From the IMG/VR virus record IMGVR_UViG_3300022921_000002, positions 62,001-126,000 of that record: a stretch of 64,000 nt of DNA; one strand, 5' to 3'. Under the pieces are notes generated by a model. The model was not told the DNA's origin and searched no databases. It saw only the letters and a list, made by a program, of their open reading frames with translations. The translations under genes and the position numbers were made by a program. Shown one piece after another: positions 35,131 to 43,880 of the stretch; position 1 is the stretch's first letter, and every line of letters begins with the position of its first letter.

Positions 35131-36211
35131 TCCTCAATAAGTTCATAATTTTTGTAACTGCATTCCTGCTATTACGGTTAGACAGGTTTAATATTTTTAG
35201 TCTATTCATTATATCTTCTAATACATCTTTTGATAACAAATTAATATTCCAATTTTCAGTATGCTGCCGTCCTGCTCTATCATATGCATTTATAAACGCG
35301 CCAAAACCATTCCACTCCGCATATTTAAAAAACAAATCAATATTTTCGGCATTGACTTTCATAAGAGTTGAATTAACTTTAATGTTTTCAGGACCTAATA
35401 CATCTTTAAACTTTTGAATGTTATCCATTGTTTCATTATACTTACCGCCAATTCTAATCATATCATATTCCGATTCAACAACAGTATCTAATGAAACTGA
35501 AAGACTAATGTTGTTTTCTTGGCACATCCTTAAAACTTTTTTATTAAATACACTACCGTTAGTACAGATTTGTACTCTCATCTCAGGATTAATGTCGGCA
35601 ATCAACGCACAAAGTTTATATAATGCTTTATGAGAAAACGGTTCTCCACCAACAAATCTTATCTCTTTTAGGTGTGGAATAAACTCGACAAACTGTTCAA
35701 GCAATTGTTCTAGGTTTTCATCATTATCAAACACGTTTGGATCATATTGTTTAAGATCTTTATCGCGTCCTAACATATGTTTTGATGATAATTCGCCAAA
35801 GCACATTGGGCACGCCATATTACACAGATTACTAATTTCAAATTCAAAAACTCTAGGCCATGAGTTAGCATCCATTGCGTGTTCTAATCTATCTCTGCCA
35901 ACATTATAATCATATTCAATAATAGGTGGTGTTTCACCTTTATCAATTCTTTTTTGACAAGCAGCCTGACAACCTGCACTTAATTTATTCTCAAGGAAGT
36001 CATCTTTATAAGTGTTGTTTAATTCACCAAACCAATAATCTTTTAAACCAAACTGATCTTTTTTCCATATTTTCATTTTACGGCTAAAGCAGCAAGGATG
36101 CATCCCGCCGTTTCTTCTTATTCGCATATGATTAAATGCGGCATAGCATGAGATAATTTTATGTTCTTCGGGTATAGTTCGTTTACTTTGAAATAAATCC
36201 CACTTATTCAT
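35111..36211 (-). CDS. Radical SAM protein with N-terminal twitch/SPASM-like cluster
   Basis: CNMACPMC (CX3CX2C), GGEP; N-terminal C...PCC...C. Confidence 0.9.
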   Translation of the reverse strand: MNKWDLFQSKRTIPEEHKIISCYAAFNHMRIRRNGGMHPCCFSRKMKIWKKDQFGLKDYWFGELNNTYKDDFLENKLSAGCQAACQKRIDKGETPPIIEYDYNVGRDRLEHAMDANSWPRVFEFEISNLCNMACPMCFGELSSKHMLGRDKDLKQYDPNVFDNDENLEQLLEQFVEFIPHLKEIRFVGGEPFSHKALYKLCALIADINPEMRVQICTNGSVFNKKVLRMCQENNISLSVSLDTVVESEYDMIRIGGKYNETMDNIQKFKDVLGPENIKVNSTLMKVNAENIDLFFKYAEWNGFGAFINAYDRAGRQHTENWNINLLSKDVLEDIMNRLKILNLSNRNSRNAVTKIMNLLRNAINDR

Positions 36212-37415
36212 TATCTTTGTATTCCTTCAAATATGGAGCCAAATCCCATATGTCTTCATTATTTTCACGTGCCACTAAACAAAAGTCAATCCATTCAACC
36301 ATTCTTTCTTGTATCTCTGCCTTTTCGCCATTCCATTCTTCTTCTTGTGGTACAACACTTAATACGTTATTAGTATTACTCAAATCAAGTTTTGGGTTTC
36401 GCCAATAAAATTTATCGACTTGTTCAAATTTAGAATTAAGATATTCAAATAGTTTATCAATACCTTCTTTTTGGTGATGATCCTCTAACCAAACAGGTGA
36501 ACAATATTTTGGAAATGTAACAAGGTTTGCCATACTTACACGAGGCACACCAGGTACATCAATAAAGTAATCAATCAATTCTGGTAAGTGCATCCAATTA
36601 TAAATTGAGACCGTTGCAACAACTATTACGATGCGTCCTTCGACAGCGTGGTACCGATTGATATTATTTATTGTGCGTTCAAAGTTACCGCCACGGATCC
36701 AATCATATGTTTCGTGTACTCCATCAATACTTGCTTGAATGTGTACTTCTTCAATCTGATGTAAAATATCAATAACAGTATTAGTAACCAATTGAAAGTT
36801 AGTACAAATCTCAACACGGCATTTAGGATTTGTTTCCGCAACCTTTTTCAATATTTTTATATTGTTTGGGTCAGCAAATGGTTCACCACCTTTAATGGTT
36901 AGGTGCTGTAAATGTGGAACAAGATCAAGTACCTTATCAACATCGGCGTCAGTCATCTTATACATATCAGTGTGGAATTTATGATTTTGGTTTCGCCAAT
37001 CTAAACCAGACTCCACCGCCATTTTTTCATATGGTGCCCACTTTGACGAATACTTACCTGAACAGGTTACGCACATTTGGTTACAGATATTACTTGTTGT
37101 AAGCTCAAGAAACCTTATTGGTGTTACCTCAGCGGCAACGTCTTCTTCATATGTTGGAAATTTAAAACGGTTGTAAGTATCAAACCGAGCAAGGCGCCCT
37201 GCATCCCAATGGCGCCAACAGACATCACATTGAGGCGGGAATTTCTTTTCTTTAAAATCTGCACGGATTTGGTTGTATATATCACCGTTAAAGAACTCAG
37301 TTAAATCAGGAACATCTTTAATATGTGATACCGCAGTGTTATCACCGGCACAGCATAAGACAATTTCTCCAATAGGATTGATTGTCAATCCAGTTTCAGG
37401 TACCATACATTTCAT
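36204..37415 (-). CDS. Radical SAM protein with N-terminal twitch/SPASM-like cluster
   Basis: CNQMCVTC, GGEP; N-terminal C...LCC...CDVC. Confidence 0.9.
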   Translation of the reverse strand: MKCMVPETGLTINPIGEIVLCCAGDNTAVSHIKDVPDLTEFFNGDIYNQIRADFKEKKFPPQCDVCWRHWDAGRLARFDTYNRFKFPTYEEDVAAEVTPIRFLELTTSNICNQMCVTCSGKYSSKWAPYEKMAVESGLDWRNQNHKFHTDMYKMTDADVDKVLDLVPHLQHLTIKGGEPFADPNNIKILKKVAETNPKCRVEICTNFQLVTNTVIDILHQIEEVHIQASIDGVHETYDWIRGGNFERTINNINRYHAVEGRIVIVVATVSIYNWMHLPELIDYFIDVPGVPRVSMANLVTFPKYCSPVWLEDHHQKEGIDKLFEYLNSKFEQVDKFYWRNPKLDLSNTNNVLSVVPQEEEWNGEKAEIQERMVEWIDFCLVARENNEDIWDLAPYLKEYKDNE

Positions 37416-37420
37416 AATAA

Positions 37421-38008
37421 TTAATCCAATACTGTGTTGATAATAGAGATTGCCTCAGTAATTTTAGTTGAGCGTCGGATTTTAGATTTGATTTCTTTTG
37501 GTGCCTTTTTAATTATATCTTGTTCTAATGACCATAGTTTAAATTTAAATACTGCTTCTTTATTAGTATTGTTATCAAGGATATATTCAAACGCAACATT
37601 ATCAACCTTATTCGTTTTCATTTTAAATGCTTGGTCCAACGTTGTCAAGTCATCTTTTGTTTTCTCAAGGTCCACACGTTTTGTATGTAGATCTTTAAGT
37701 ACACGTGCCTTTTCTTTTTCAAGTTCTTCAATACCAAGGATCTCCCTTGCCCTCATATTAACACGTGTATTGAACTCACGAGAATAACGACGTTTAAATT
37801 CTACCGTGTCATCAAGAATTGATTCTTCATCCCATCCTTCTTCAATCAATGCTTTATAATCTGCGCTATCGGGATTGTTTTCAATAACGTGAGCAACTTT
37901 AGTGTCGCCATCCTCGAATATAATCTCAATTGTATTATAACCTTCATCTATATAATGTGCTTCAATTACCTTACCACTAAACACTGACATCTTCATCACC
38001 CTCATCAA
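37421..38008 (-). CDS. Hypothetical protein (paralogue of 37977..38486)
   Basis: VFSGKVIEAHY...DYKALIEEGW...SREF...FKFKLWSLE. Confidence 0.7.
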   Translation of the reverse strand: MMRVMKMSVFSGKVIEAHYIDEGYNTIEIIFEDGDTKVAHVIENNPDSADYKALIEEGWDEESILDDTVEFKRRYSREFNTRVNMRAREILGIEELEKEKARVLKDLHTKRVDLEKTKDDLTTLDQAFKMKTNKVDNVAFEYILDNNTNKEAVFKFKLWSLEQDIIKKAPKEIKSKIRRSTKITEAISIINTVLD

Positions 38009-38486
38009 TAGCTTGTTGGATTATACCTAACGTGCTCAAAATTGTTTTACTTTTACGAATATCTCGTTTTAATTTTGAATCACTGTCTTTAATAAAAGGC
38101 AATTCCAACGCCCATAATTTAACTTTAAATATTTCTTCTTTACTTGTATTGTTATCCATAATAGCTTCATACTTATCAAGACCCATTGTTTTGAGTTTTT
38201 TCTCAGCCTTCATACTTTGACTAATAATTAAATGCTTTGCCTGGGCATTAACAAATGTTGCAAATTCTCTACTTGTTCTCTGTTTATATTCTGCAGTTGA
38301 ATCGAGGAGTCTATCTTTTGTCCATCCTTCTTCAACCAGATCAATATAATCAGGATTATCGGTATCATCTGCGGGAAGGTGGAATACGTGCTCTTTGCCA
38401 TCATCGTCAAGCCATTTGACAAAAATAGTATCGTAGTTGTTACTGATATAATACGCTGTAACTATGCGTTTGCTAAATACTGCCAT
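37977..38486 (-). CDS. Hypothetical protein (paralogue of 37421..38008)
   Basis: VFSKRIVTAYY...DYIDLVEEGW...SREF...FKVKLWALE. Confidence 0.7.
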   Translation of the reverse strand: MAVFSKRIVTAYYISNNYDTIFVKWLDDDGKEHVFHLPADDTDNPDYIDLVEEGWTKDRLLDSTAEYKQRTSREFATFVNAQAKHLIISQSMKAEKKLKTMGLDKYEAIMDNNTSKEEIFKVKLWALELPFIKDSDSKLKRDIRKSKTILSTLGIIQQAIDEGDEDVSV

Positions 38487-38501
38487 AATATATTCACTTT
38501 C

Positions 38502-39545
38502 TTATGATTTTACAATTCTTAAATAATATGTTTCTCTTGTTTGTGTTACACCGCTTGGAAATTCTTGAGTACGATAATCATCGGTATTGACAAATCTTGT
38601 TTGGTAACCGTCATCTGATTCACCTGATAGATATGTATCCGCCATACCCGTACCACGTTGCAGCCCATCACCTGTATATGTCGAGTCAGTGATTTCATAT
38701 GTGATCTTATAACCATCAACAGTACGAGCAACAAGGTTGATTTCATATGAAAGCATATCTTGGAATTCTTCCAACGTATATGTTTGCACTGATCCATCGG
38801 CGGCGGCGTAACATGGAATTTTTACACCAAATTCTGTCCCATCACTCGAGACATTAATTTCGCTAACGGCATTCTTTATGTATAGATAATAAGTGTTTAC
38901 AATAAAATAAATGTCACGGTCATAAAAAGGTTCGCCAATCTGATCTCCAGGTGTGACATCATAACCGCCAGTTATATCATATTTTGAATCTTGGAAAACT
39001 GAACGTGTTCCTACTTGAGTAAAACCAGATTCAGCACCTGTACCAATTTTATATGTGCCTTGCTGATTATCGCCAACAGCTTGGAATGCCATTTCGTTAA
39101 TCGTAGGATAAATGTATGTGTCACGGAAATCCTCACGAGACATAGAACGCAAATTAGCATCACTATCAACGTATAACGGATATCGGTGTGTTTCTTCTGA
39201 TATTGGATATGTTGGCTCAGTTATAGAATTAAATCTTTGTTTAATACCACGCCAAGGTGTTGTAACTAATTCAATGTCAGGTGTTTCCGCAGGAGTGTCA
39301 AAATTTGTTATGTCGGTGGTATCTTCGCCTGCTTTATAACGTGTATCCGTAATAGTACCAATAATATCAGGATCATTAGCAAACTGTGTAAACGGGTTTA
39401 ATACATATAACTCAACTGCGGGGTTTAGTGCATATTGCCGTGCTGCTTCACGTCGCCAAAACGATTGTTCTAGGGATGGTGATTCTCGAAACGATAACAC
39501 ACCGTTAGTGTCAACTGAAACATAGGCTGCTGTGCGTGCGGTCAT
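38502..39545 (-). CDS. Putative virion structural protein (paralogue of 39779..40774)
   Basis: Thr/Asp-rich; DFRDTYIYPTI, GTYKI, YRTQEFPSG; late promoter upstream. Confidence 0.6.
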   Translation of the reverse strand: MTARTAAYVSVDTNGVLSFRESPSLEQSFWRREAARQYALNPAVELYVLNPFTQFANDPDIIGTITDTRYKAGEDTTDITNFDTPAETPDIELVTTPWRGIKQRFNSITEPTYPISEETHRYPLYVDSDANLRSMSREDFRDTYIYPTINEMAFQAVGDNQQGTYKIGTGAESGFTQVGTRSVFQDSKYDITGGYDVTPGDQIGEPFYDRDIYFIVNTYYLYIKNAVSEINVSSDGTEFGVKIPCYAAADGSVQTYTLEEFQDMLSYEINLVARTVDGYKITYEITDSTYTGDGLQRGTGMADTYLSGESDDGYQTRFVNTDDYRTQEFPSGVTQTRETYYLRIVKS

Positions 39546-39757
39546 TAATCATCACTTCCACAGTAAAATGTTTTAAGAACGGTACCGTCTGAAGCTTTAA
39601 CTTCAAACTTGTGATCCTTGGCAACCACACCAGAGTTAATTGTCGCGGTTGTAATTTTTTGGTTAATGATGGTAGACGTTCCTGCGTCAATATCGGCAAT
39701 GTTTTCTAAATGCCGAGTATCATCAATAACTATGCTAGTTCCTACTTTTAATGGCAT
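39545..39757 (-). CDS. Small virion/fibre protein (paralogue of 40787..40972)
   Basis: LKVGTSIVIDD...LKTFYC. Confidence 0.6.
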   Translation of the reverse strand: MPLKVGTSIVIDDTRHLENIADIDAGTSTIINQKITTATINSGVVAKDHKFEVKASDGTVLKTFYCGSDD

Positions 39758-39775
39758 CCTTGCCTCCTATGAATT

Positions 39776-39783
39776 TATTTATA
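39776..39783 (-). promoter_or_regulatory. Late promoter TATAAATA
   Basis: tatttata 19 nt upstream of the 39757 start. Confidence 0.7.
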
Positions 39784-40774
39784 TTTTTCTAATACGAAGA
39801 CCATATGAAATTAGATTTGTCGGTGAACCAACCGGGAATTCTTGAGTACGATATAAGTCATTACCTGTTGTTCCAACTTGTCTTGTTGTATAACCTGCTG
39901 CTGATGTTCCGTCAAGAATCGTGTCATTCATCAATGTACCTTTGAGTGTAAGAGGACTTGAACTACTTGTAAGGCTATATTGAATTTCATTTCCTGTAGA
40001 ATCAGACGCAATGTGTTTTAACTCACCGAGAATTAAAGCATCAAATGCCGCAACAGTATATTGTCTAATATCTCCATTTGTGTCAATATAAAAAGGTGGT
40101 TCATATGCTACCGCCGACGTATTAACTTTATGTAAGTAATACTGATTAATAATGATTGGCTGATCTTCATTCTCAGGAATACCACCTGACGTATAAACTG
40201 CAGAATCAGCACGCCTATCAATAAACACGGGGTTGGCATTTTGGAGTGTTGCACCTGTAACACTATTTGTTGCCGCAATAAAATATGTACCACCTTGGTC
40301 CGCGGTTTCACCTGAAGAAACAAGTGCATCAATTGTAGGAATAATAAACGTATCTCTAAAATCAGCTTTGGTCATTGCTCTAATTCCGAGTGATCCTGTC
40401 CCAACTGCATATACAGGAAACGCAAGGTTTTCATCAGTATACGTAGGTGCTGCTGCTAAAGTATAATCAACTTGTAATGTAGTATAGGTAACTTCTTCAC
40501 TACCTGTATCAGGTGTGGCTGCCTCAGATGCATAGTTAGCAACAGTAGAAGGACCGTTTTCTGTTGCCGCTCCAGCTGTCCTACGAGTATCAATCATACT
40601 ACCCATATTACCACCACTTGCAACACGAGAAACTGTAACTACTTCATCGTTTGCTAATAGGTGTGCTGCATTTTGAAATATGGCTTGCAGATCTGTACTT
40701 GACATTTCAGTAAGTCTTGTCACTGCAGTATTGGAATTTGCTTCATCCCAATATAATGGTAACCTTGCTGTCAT
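39779..40774 (-). CDS. Putative virion structural protein (paralogue of 38502..39545)
   Basis: DFRDTFIIPTI, GTYFI, YRTQEFPVG. Confidence 0.6.
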   Translation of the reverse strand: MTARLPLYWDEANSNTAVTRLTEMSSTDLQAIFQNAAHLLANDEVVTVSRVASGGNMGSMIDTRRTAGAATENGPSTVANYASEAATPDTGSEEVTYTTLQVDYTLAAAPTYTDENLAFPVYAVGTGSLGIRAMTKADFRDTFIIPTIDALVSSGETADQGGTYFIAATNSVTGATLQNANPVFIDRRADSAVYTSGGIPENEDQPIIINQYYLHKVNTSAVAYEPPFYIDTNGDIRQYTVAAFDALILGELKHIASDSTGNEIQYSLTSSSSPLTLKGTLMNDTILDGTSAAGYTTRQVGTTGNDLYRTQEFPVGSPTNLISYGLRIRKI

Positions 40775-40786
40775 TTTATTGTCCTT

Positions 40787-40972
40787 TTATAAGGCGCAAT
40801 AATACGCAGCAATAATTGTGCCTGCCGCATTATAAACTGTTAGAACATTTGCTTGGTTTTTAATTGAGTTATTAATCGCGGTATCAGTTGTTGTATCTGT
40901 GCTTGCCACGTTTTTTAACTGTAACGCATTATCAATTACTTCGGTGCCTGCTACTTGAATCGCCATCTTCAT
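40787..40972 (-). CDS. Small virion/fibre protein
   Basis: AIQVAGTEVID...IAAYYC. Confidence 0.6.
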   Translation of the reverse strand: MKMAIQVAGTEVIDNALQLKNVASTDTTTDTAINNSIKNQANVLTVYNAAGTIIAAYYCAL

Positions 40973-41003
40973 CTCCTTTGACTATTAGCAATCTTATTAG
41001 TTT

Positions 41004-41015
41004 TATTTATAAATA
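41004..41015. promoter_or_regulatory. Palindromic bidirectional late promoter TATTTATAAATA
   Basis: Contains TATAAATA on both strands between divergent genes. Confidence 0.8.
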
Positions 41016-41066
41016 TTCTCAGTGAGTTATTTGCTATGTTACTGATTTTTTCACAGGAGCTATTAT

Positions 41067-41438
41067 ATGGCTTATGTCAACGCCTTTGGAGTGGAGATGA
41101 AAACTATGGCAAAGAAAGAAATAACAGTTGATGCTGAAGCAGCAGCTGCACTCGACACAAATAATGACGGTCATATCTCGGCAGAAGAGCTGAGTATGGA
41201 GTTGGAATTTAAACGCAAGCGCCTTGAAGATCAAGATGCTCAACGAGATGCAATGCGTAAAATGACTTGGTTTGCATTGTTTGGAATGTTATTGTACCCA
41301 GTAGGTATTGCTATAACATCATGGTTAGGATTAGATGAAGCATCAGGATTAATTGGAGATATTGCACCGACATATTTTGTTGCAATTTCTGCACTTGTTT
41401 CTGTTTTCTTTGGTGCTAACGCATACAGTAGTAAGTAA
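41067..41438 (+). CDS. EF-hand plus 2-TM holin-like protein
   Basis: Canonical loop DTNNDGHISAEE; two TM helices; late promoter; second in-frame start at 41106. Confidence 0.6.
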   Translation: MAYVNAFGVEMKTMAKKEITVDAEAAAALDTNNDGHISAEELSMELEFKRKRLEDQDAQRDAMRKMTWFALFGMLLYPVGIAITSWLGLDEASGLIGDIAPTYFVAISALVSVFFGANAYSSK

Positions 41439-41441
41439 AAC

Positions 41442-41476
41442 AAAAATAGGGAGGCTAACTTAATAACCTCCCTATT
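41442..41476. terminator. Hairpin terminator between convergent units
   Basis: 10-bp stem AATAGGGAGG/CCTCCCTATT; T-tail on the minus strand. Confidence 0.7.
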
Positions 41477-41567
41477 ACTCGGGTCTTGTATGTGGACTTC
41501 GGGCTGTGTGTTACACCTCTCCCAGGCTGTCCCTACCTATCTGGTTTTCACGTCACCAGAATTCCTT

Positions 41568-41634
<67 letters not shown>

Positions 41635-41644
<10 letters not shown>

Positions 41645-41802
41645 TTTCTTGTTATAAGATCAAGAACAATGCTCAACTCATATATTGATTTATCTAAAAC
41701 TAAATGAGCAGTTTTATCATCATTCTTTTTCTTTTCTTCGCGAAGAAACTCTAACCTTACCTTTATATAGTTTTCTGCTTCAGGTTTGTTTCCTCTACGC
41801 AT
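41635..41802 (-). CDS. Small hypothetical protein between tRNAs (55 aa)
   Basis: MRRGNKPEAENYIKVRLEFLREEKKK...; SD AAGGA; stop overlaps the tRNA-Pro 5' end. Confidence 0.5.
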
Positions 41803-41819
41803 AATATATCCTTTTTATT

Positions 41820-41893
41820 TGGCAAGGGTGGTAGGAATCGAACCCACACCAACGGGTTTGGAATCCGTTGTACTGCCATTATACTACACCCTA
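41820..41893 (-). tRNA. tRNA-Trp(CCA)
   Basis: Cloverleaf with TTCCAAA anticodon loop, GTGGG-TTCGATT-CCTAC T-arm, G discriminator and CCA; mismatches at pairs 1-72 and 31-39. Confidence 0.88.
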
Positions 41894-41901
41894 TCAAACT
41901 C

Positions 41902-42277
41902 CTTAATACTGAATAGTAGTCTTAACTTAGTCCCTCACCAGGATTTTACGGGTTCGGTTGCTAGCACCTACCTACCTGTTACGTTTCTTTGCTCGTACTA
42001 TGCAGTATTAAGAAGTTTTCGTGGGAGGGACTTTCTGCAGTGCCCCTCCCCTTATTTGCATTTTACGTATGCAACAACCGACTGGGTTTTTTTACGGTAC
42101 CAGTTCTTTTTACCGACCTATATGTCCGACGCGCCTCGAACCACATATAGGGTTTGCTTGGGTACGTTCGACGTGATTGTCAGGCTTTCCCCGTGTGCCT
42201 AATAAAGAATGAGTTCGTTACCGTCATGCTTTTTTACCCGAAGGTGATAGCGTCGTGGCCTATTCCTCATTCCTTAT
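41902..42277 (-). ncRNA. Candidate structured non-coding RNA(s)
   Basis: At least six helices, a C(UUCG)G tetraloop, no credible minus-strand ORF; starts right after an early promoter. Confidence 0.55.
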
Positions 42278-42283
42278 ATAAAC

Positions 42284-42312
42284 AATATAACTGATTCTAT
42301 AGTAAATGTCAA
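42284..42312 (-). promoter_or_regulatory. Early promoter with TAGAATCAGT spacer (copy 3)
   Basis: TTGACA-17-TATATT driving the ncRNA/tRNA block. Confidence 0.85.
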
Positions 42313-42315
42313 TAG

Positions 42316-43026
42316 TTATTTGAAGTTTTTTTGTTTCCAAAACATTTTTTTGTACCGATCTACCCACATTGTTGCTAGTTTATTAACAAACTTTTTATGT
42401 GCGGATTGGTCTATATGATGTTGTTCAGATTTCCATGATTCTCTTTTAAAAGGAATAACTTGTACAAGTGGTGTTCCTTTTTTAATTATAACAGGTCGAC
42501 CTGTAAAGTTTCTAAAAAAGAATGGCAAGTTAACTTGATTGTTTTTATACTCATCGGTATCAACAATTGCTGTTTGGAAATAAACACCACTTAATTGTAA
42601 CGTAGGATCATTTAACATTGGTGTAAATAAACAACTATAACCTGGTGGTGTTTCAATTATAAAATGTTGATTGTATTTGAGTACCATTGCAGGTTCAGTG
42701 AAATACGGATGGCCGTTAACTTGATTAGTATTGTGGTCGGTAATTAAATTTTCCAAACCGTCATTTGACCATGAGGCTTCCCATTTGGGTTTATCATTTT
42801 CAATAGAACCGACAAGCATAAGATCACAGTGTGCAGTAATGGTATAACCTGCAGTCATTGCGTCAAGAAACGGAATACATTTTTTGACGGACCCAATTTG
42901 TACTCCTTCTATAACAGGAGATATCTTTTTAAACCAACTTGGTATTGTTTTGACTGCAGGTTTCGGATATTCACTTGCATCGGATAAAAACTCATCAACT
43001 GAAAATTTAATCCGTTTATCTTTCAT
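42316..43026 (-). CDS. Hypothetical protein, possibly dUTPase-like beta fold
   Basis: KKCIPFLDAMTAGY, IETPPGYSCLF, IKKGTPLVQVIPFKRE. Confidence 0.5.
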   Translation of the reverse strand: MKDKRIKFSVDEFLSDASEYPKPAVKTIPSWFKKISPVIEGVQIGSVKKCIPFLDAMTAGYTITAHCDLMLVGSIENDKPKWEASWSNDGLENLITDHNTNQVNGHPYFTEPAMVLKYNQHFIIETPPGYSCLFTPMLNDPTLQLSGVYFQTAIVDTDEYKNNQVNLPFFFRNFTGRPVIIKKGTPLVQVIPFKRESWKSEQHHIDQSAHKKFVNKLATMWVDRYKKMFWKQKNFK

Positions 43027-43039
43027 AATATAATATCCT

Positions 43040-43504
43040 TTATTTTTTCATTTTAGCGGCTGCTTTATCAACTTCCTCTTGTGATACAACACCTTCAGAT
43101 AACAGACGTGCTCGGTTTGTGTTATGAGCTGCTTGTGTGTCATCTTTTGATCCACCTGTATATGGTACAGCATGACCTTCACTAATCATAATAGCAGTTA
43201 CCATACGACCATCTTCAGCAATAAAATCACCGAGGATACGACCAAACTTACCCTTCATATCTTCACCGTCTTTTGCAGCAAATGTTTTAAGTGTAGTTGT
43301 TTTGCCAAGGATGCCTTTTAGTCTATTCTTTGCGGCTAATCCAAATACCTTTTCAACCTTATCGGATGTGCGTGACTCAGGAGTATCAATACCCATAATA
43401 CGTACTCGCTCATCTTTCATCCAAATACCAAATCCTAGATCAATGTCTACATCCACTGTATCACCGTCCACGATTTTAGTTACGTGTGCTTTATATTCAT
43501 ACAT
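43040..43504 (-). CDS. Thermonuclease (SNase-like)
   Basis: IVDGDT, RVRIMGIDTPE, GKFGRIL. Confidence 0.88.
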   Translation of the reverse strand: MYEYKAHVTKIVDGDTVDVDIDLGFGIWMKDERVRIMGIDTPESRTSDKVEKVFGLAAKNRLKGILGKTTTLKTFAAKDGEDMKGKFGRILGDFIAEDGRMVTAIMISEGHAVPYTGGSKDDTQAAHNTNRARLLSEGVVSQEEVDKAAAKMKK

Positions 43505-43563
43505 TCTTTGATTCCTTTTATGATTTAAGAGCTCAAAGAATTATAATATAAGTTGCTCAGGTA

Positions 43564-43872
43564 TTATTTATTAAGTTCAAACCGTTCTTCGACGTGCTCA
43601 ATACAAGCAGCAATGATATGGCCGATAGTCGGTTCACTATCAATCCATAATCTAACCGCATAGTTATCAATATCAACGTCAGGAAAGAACTTCTCCTCAG
43701 CTGCCATGATGAAATATAGTACACCCATAGAATCCATAATATCATCAAGTGCTGATTCTAAAGTAATGTCATCACGTCTGTAGTCATCTTTCAAGTATTC
43801 AAGTGCCCAATCATACATTTGTTCAAGAGGTGGGCCGCCATATTTTGTAACCATATCCAATTCCTTATTCAT
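43564..43872 (-). CDS. Acyl carrier protein, NodF-like
   Basis: ITLESALDDIM-DS-MGVLYFIMAAEEKF keeps the ACP DS-x7-MAxEExF register; acidic, 102 aa. Confidence 0.7.
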   Translation of the reverse strand: MNKELDMVTKYGGPPLEQMYDWALEYLKDDYRRDDITLESALDDIMDSMGVLYFIMAAEEKFFPDVDIDNYAVRLWIDSEPTIGHIIAACIEHVEERFELNK

Positions 43873-43880
43873 CTGTATCT

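Noticed and set aside
41786-42202. 138-aa plus-strand ORF in the track
   Set aside because: It is antisense to tRNA-Trp and the structured RNA region, has no SD and its composition is not protein-like.
41902-42277. Identification as RNase P RNA, tmRNA or a hammerhead ribozyme
   Set aside because: GAAAGUCC is present but about 245 nt in, and the RNase P 3' P4 strand is missing. There is no T-arm/CCA module for tmRNA. CUGGUGA and GAAAC occur but are not flanked by a pairing stem II.
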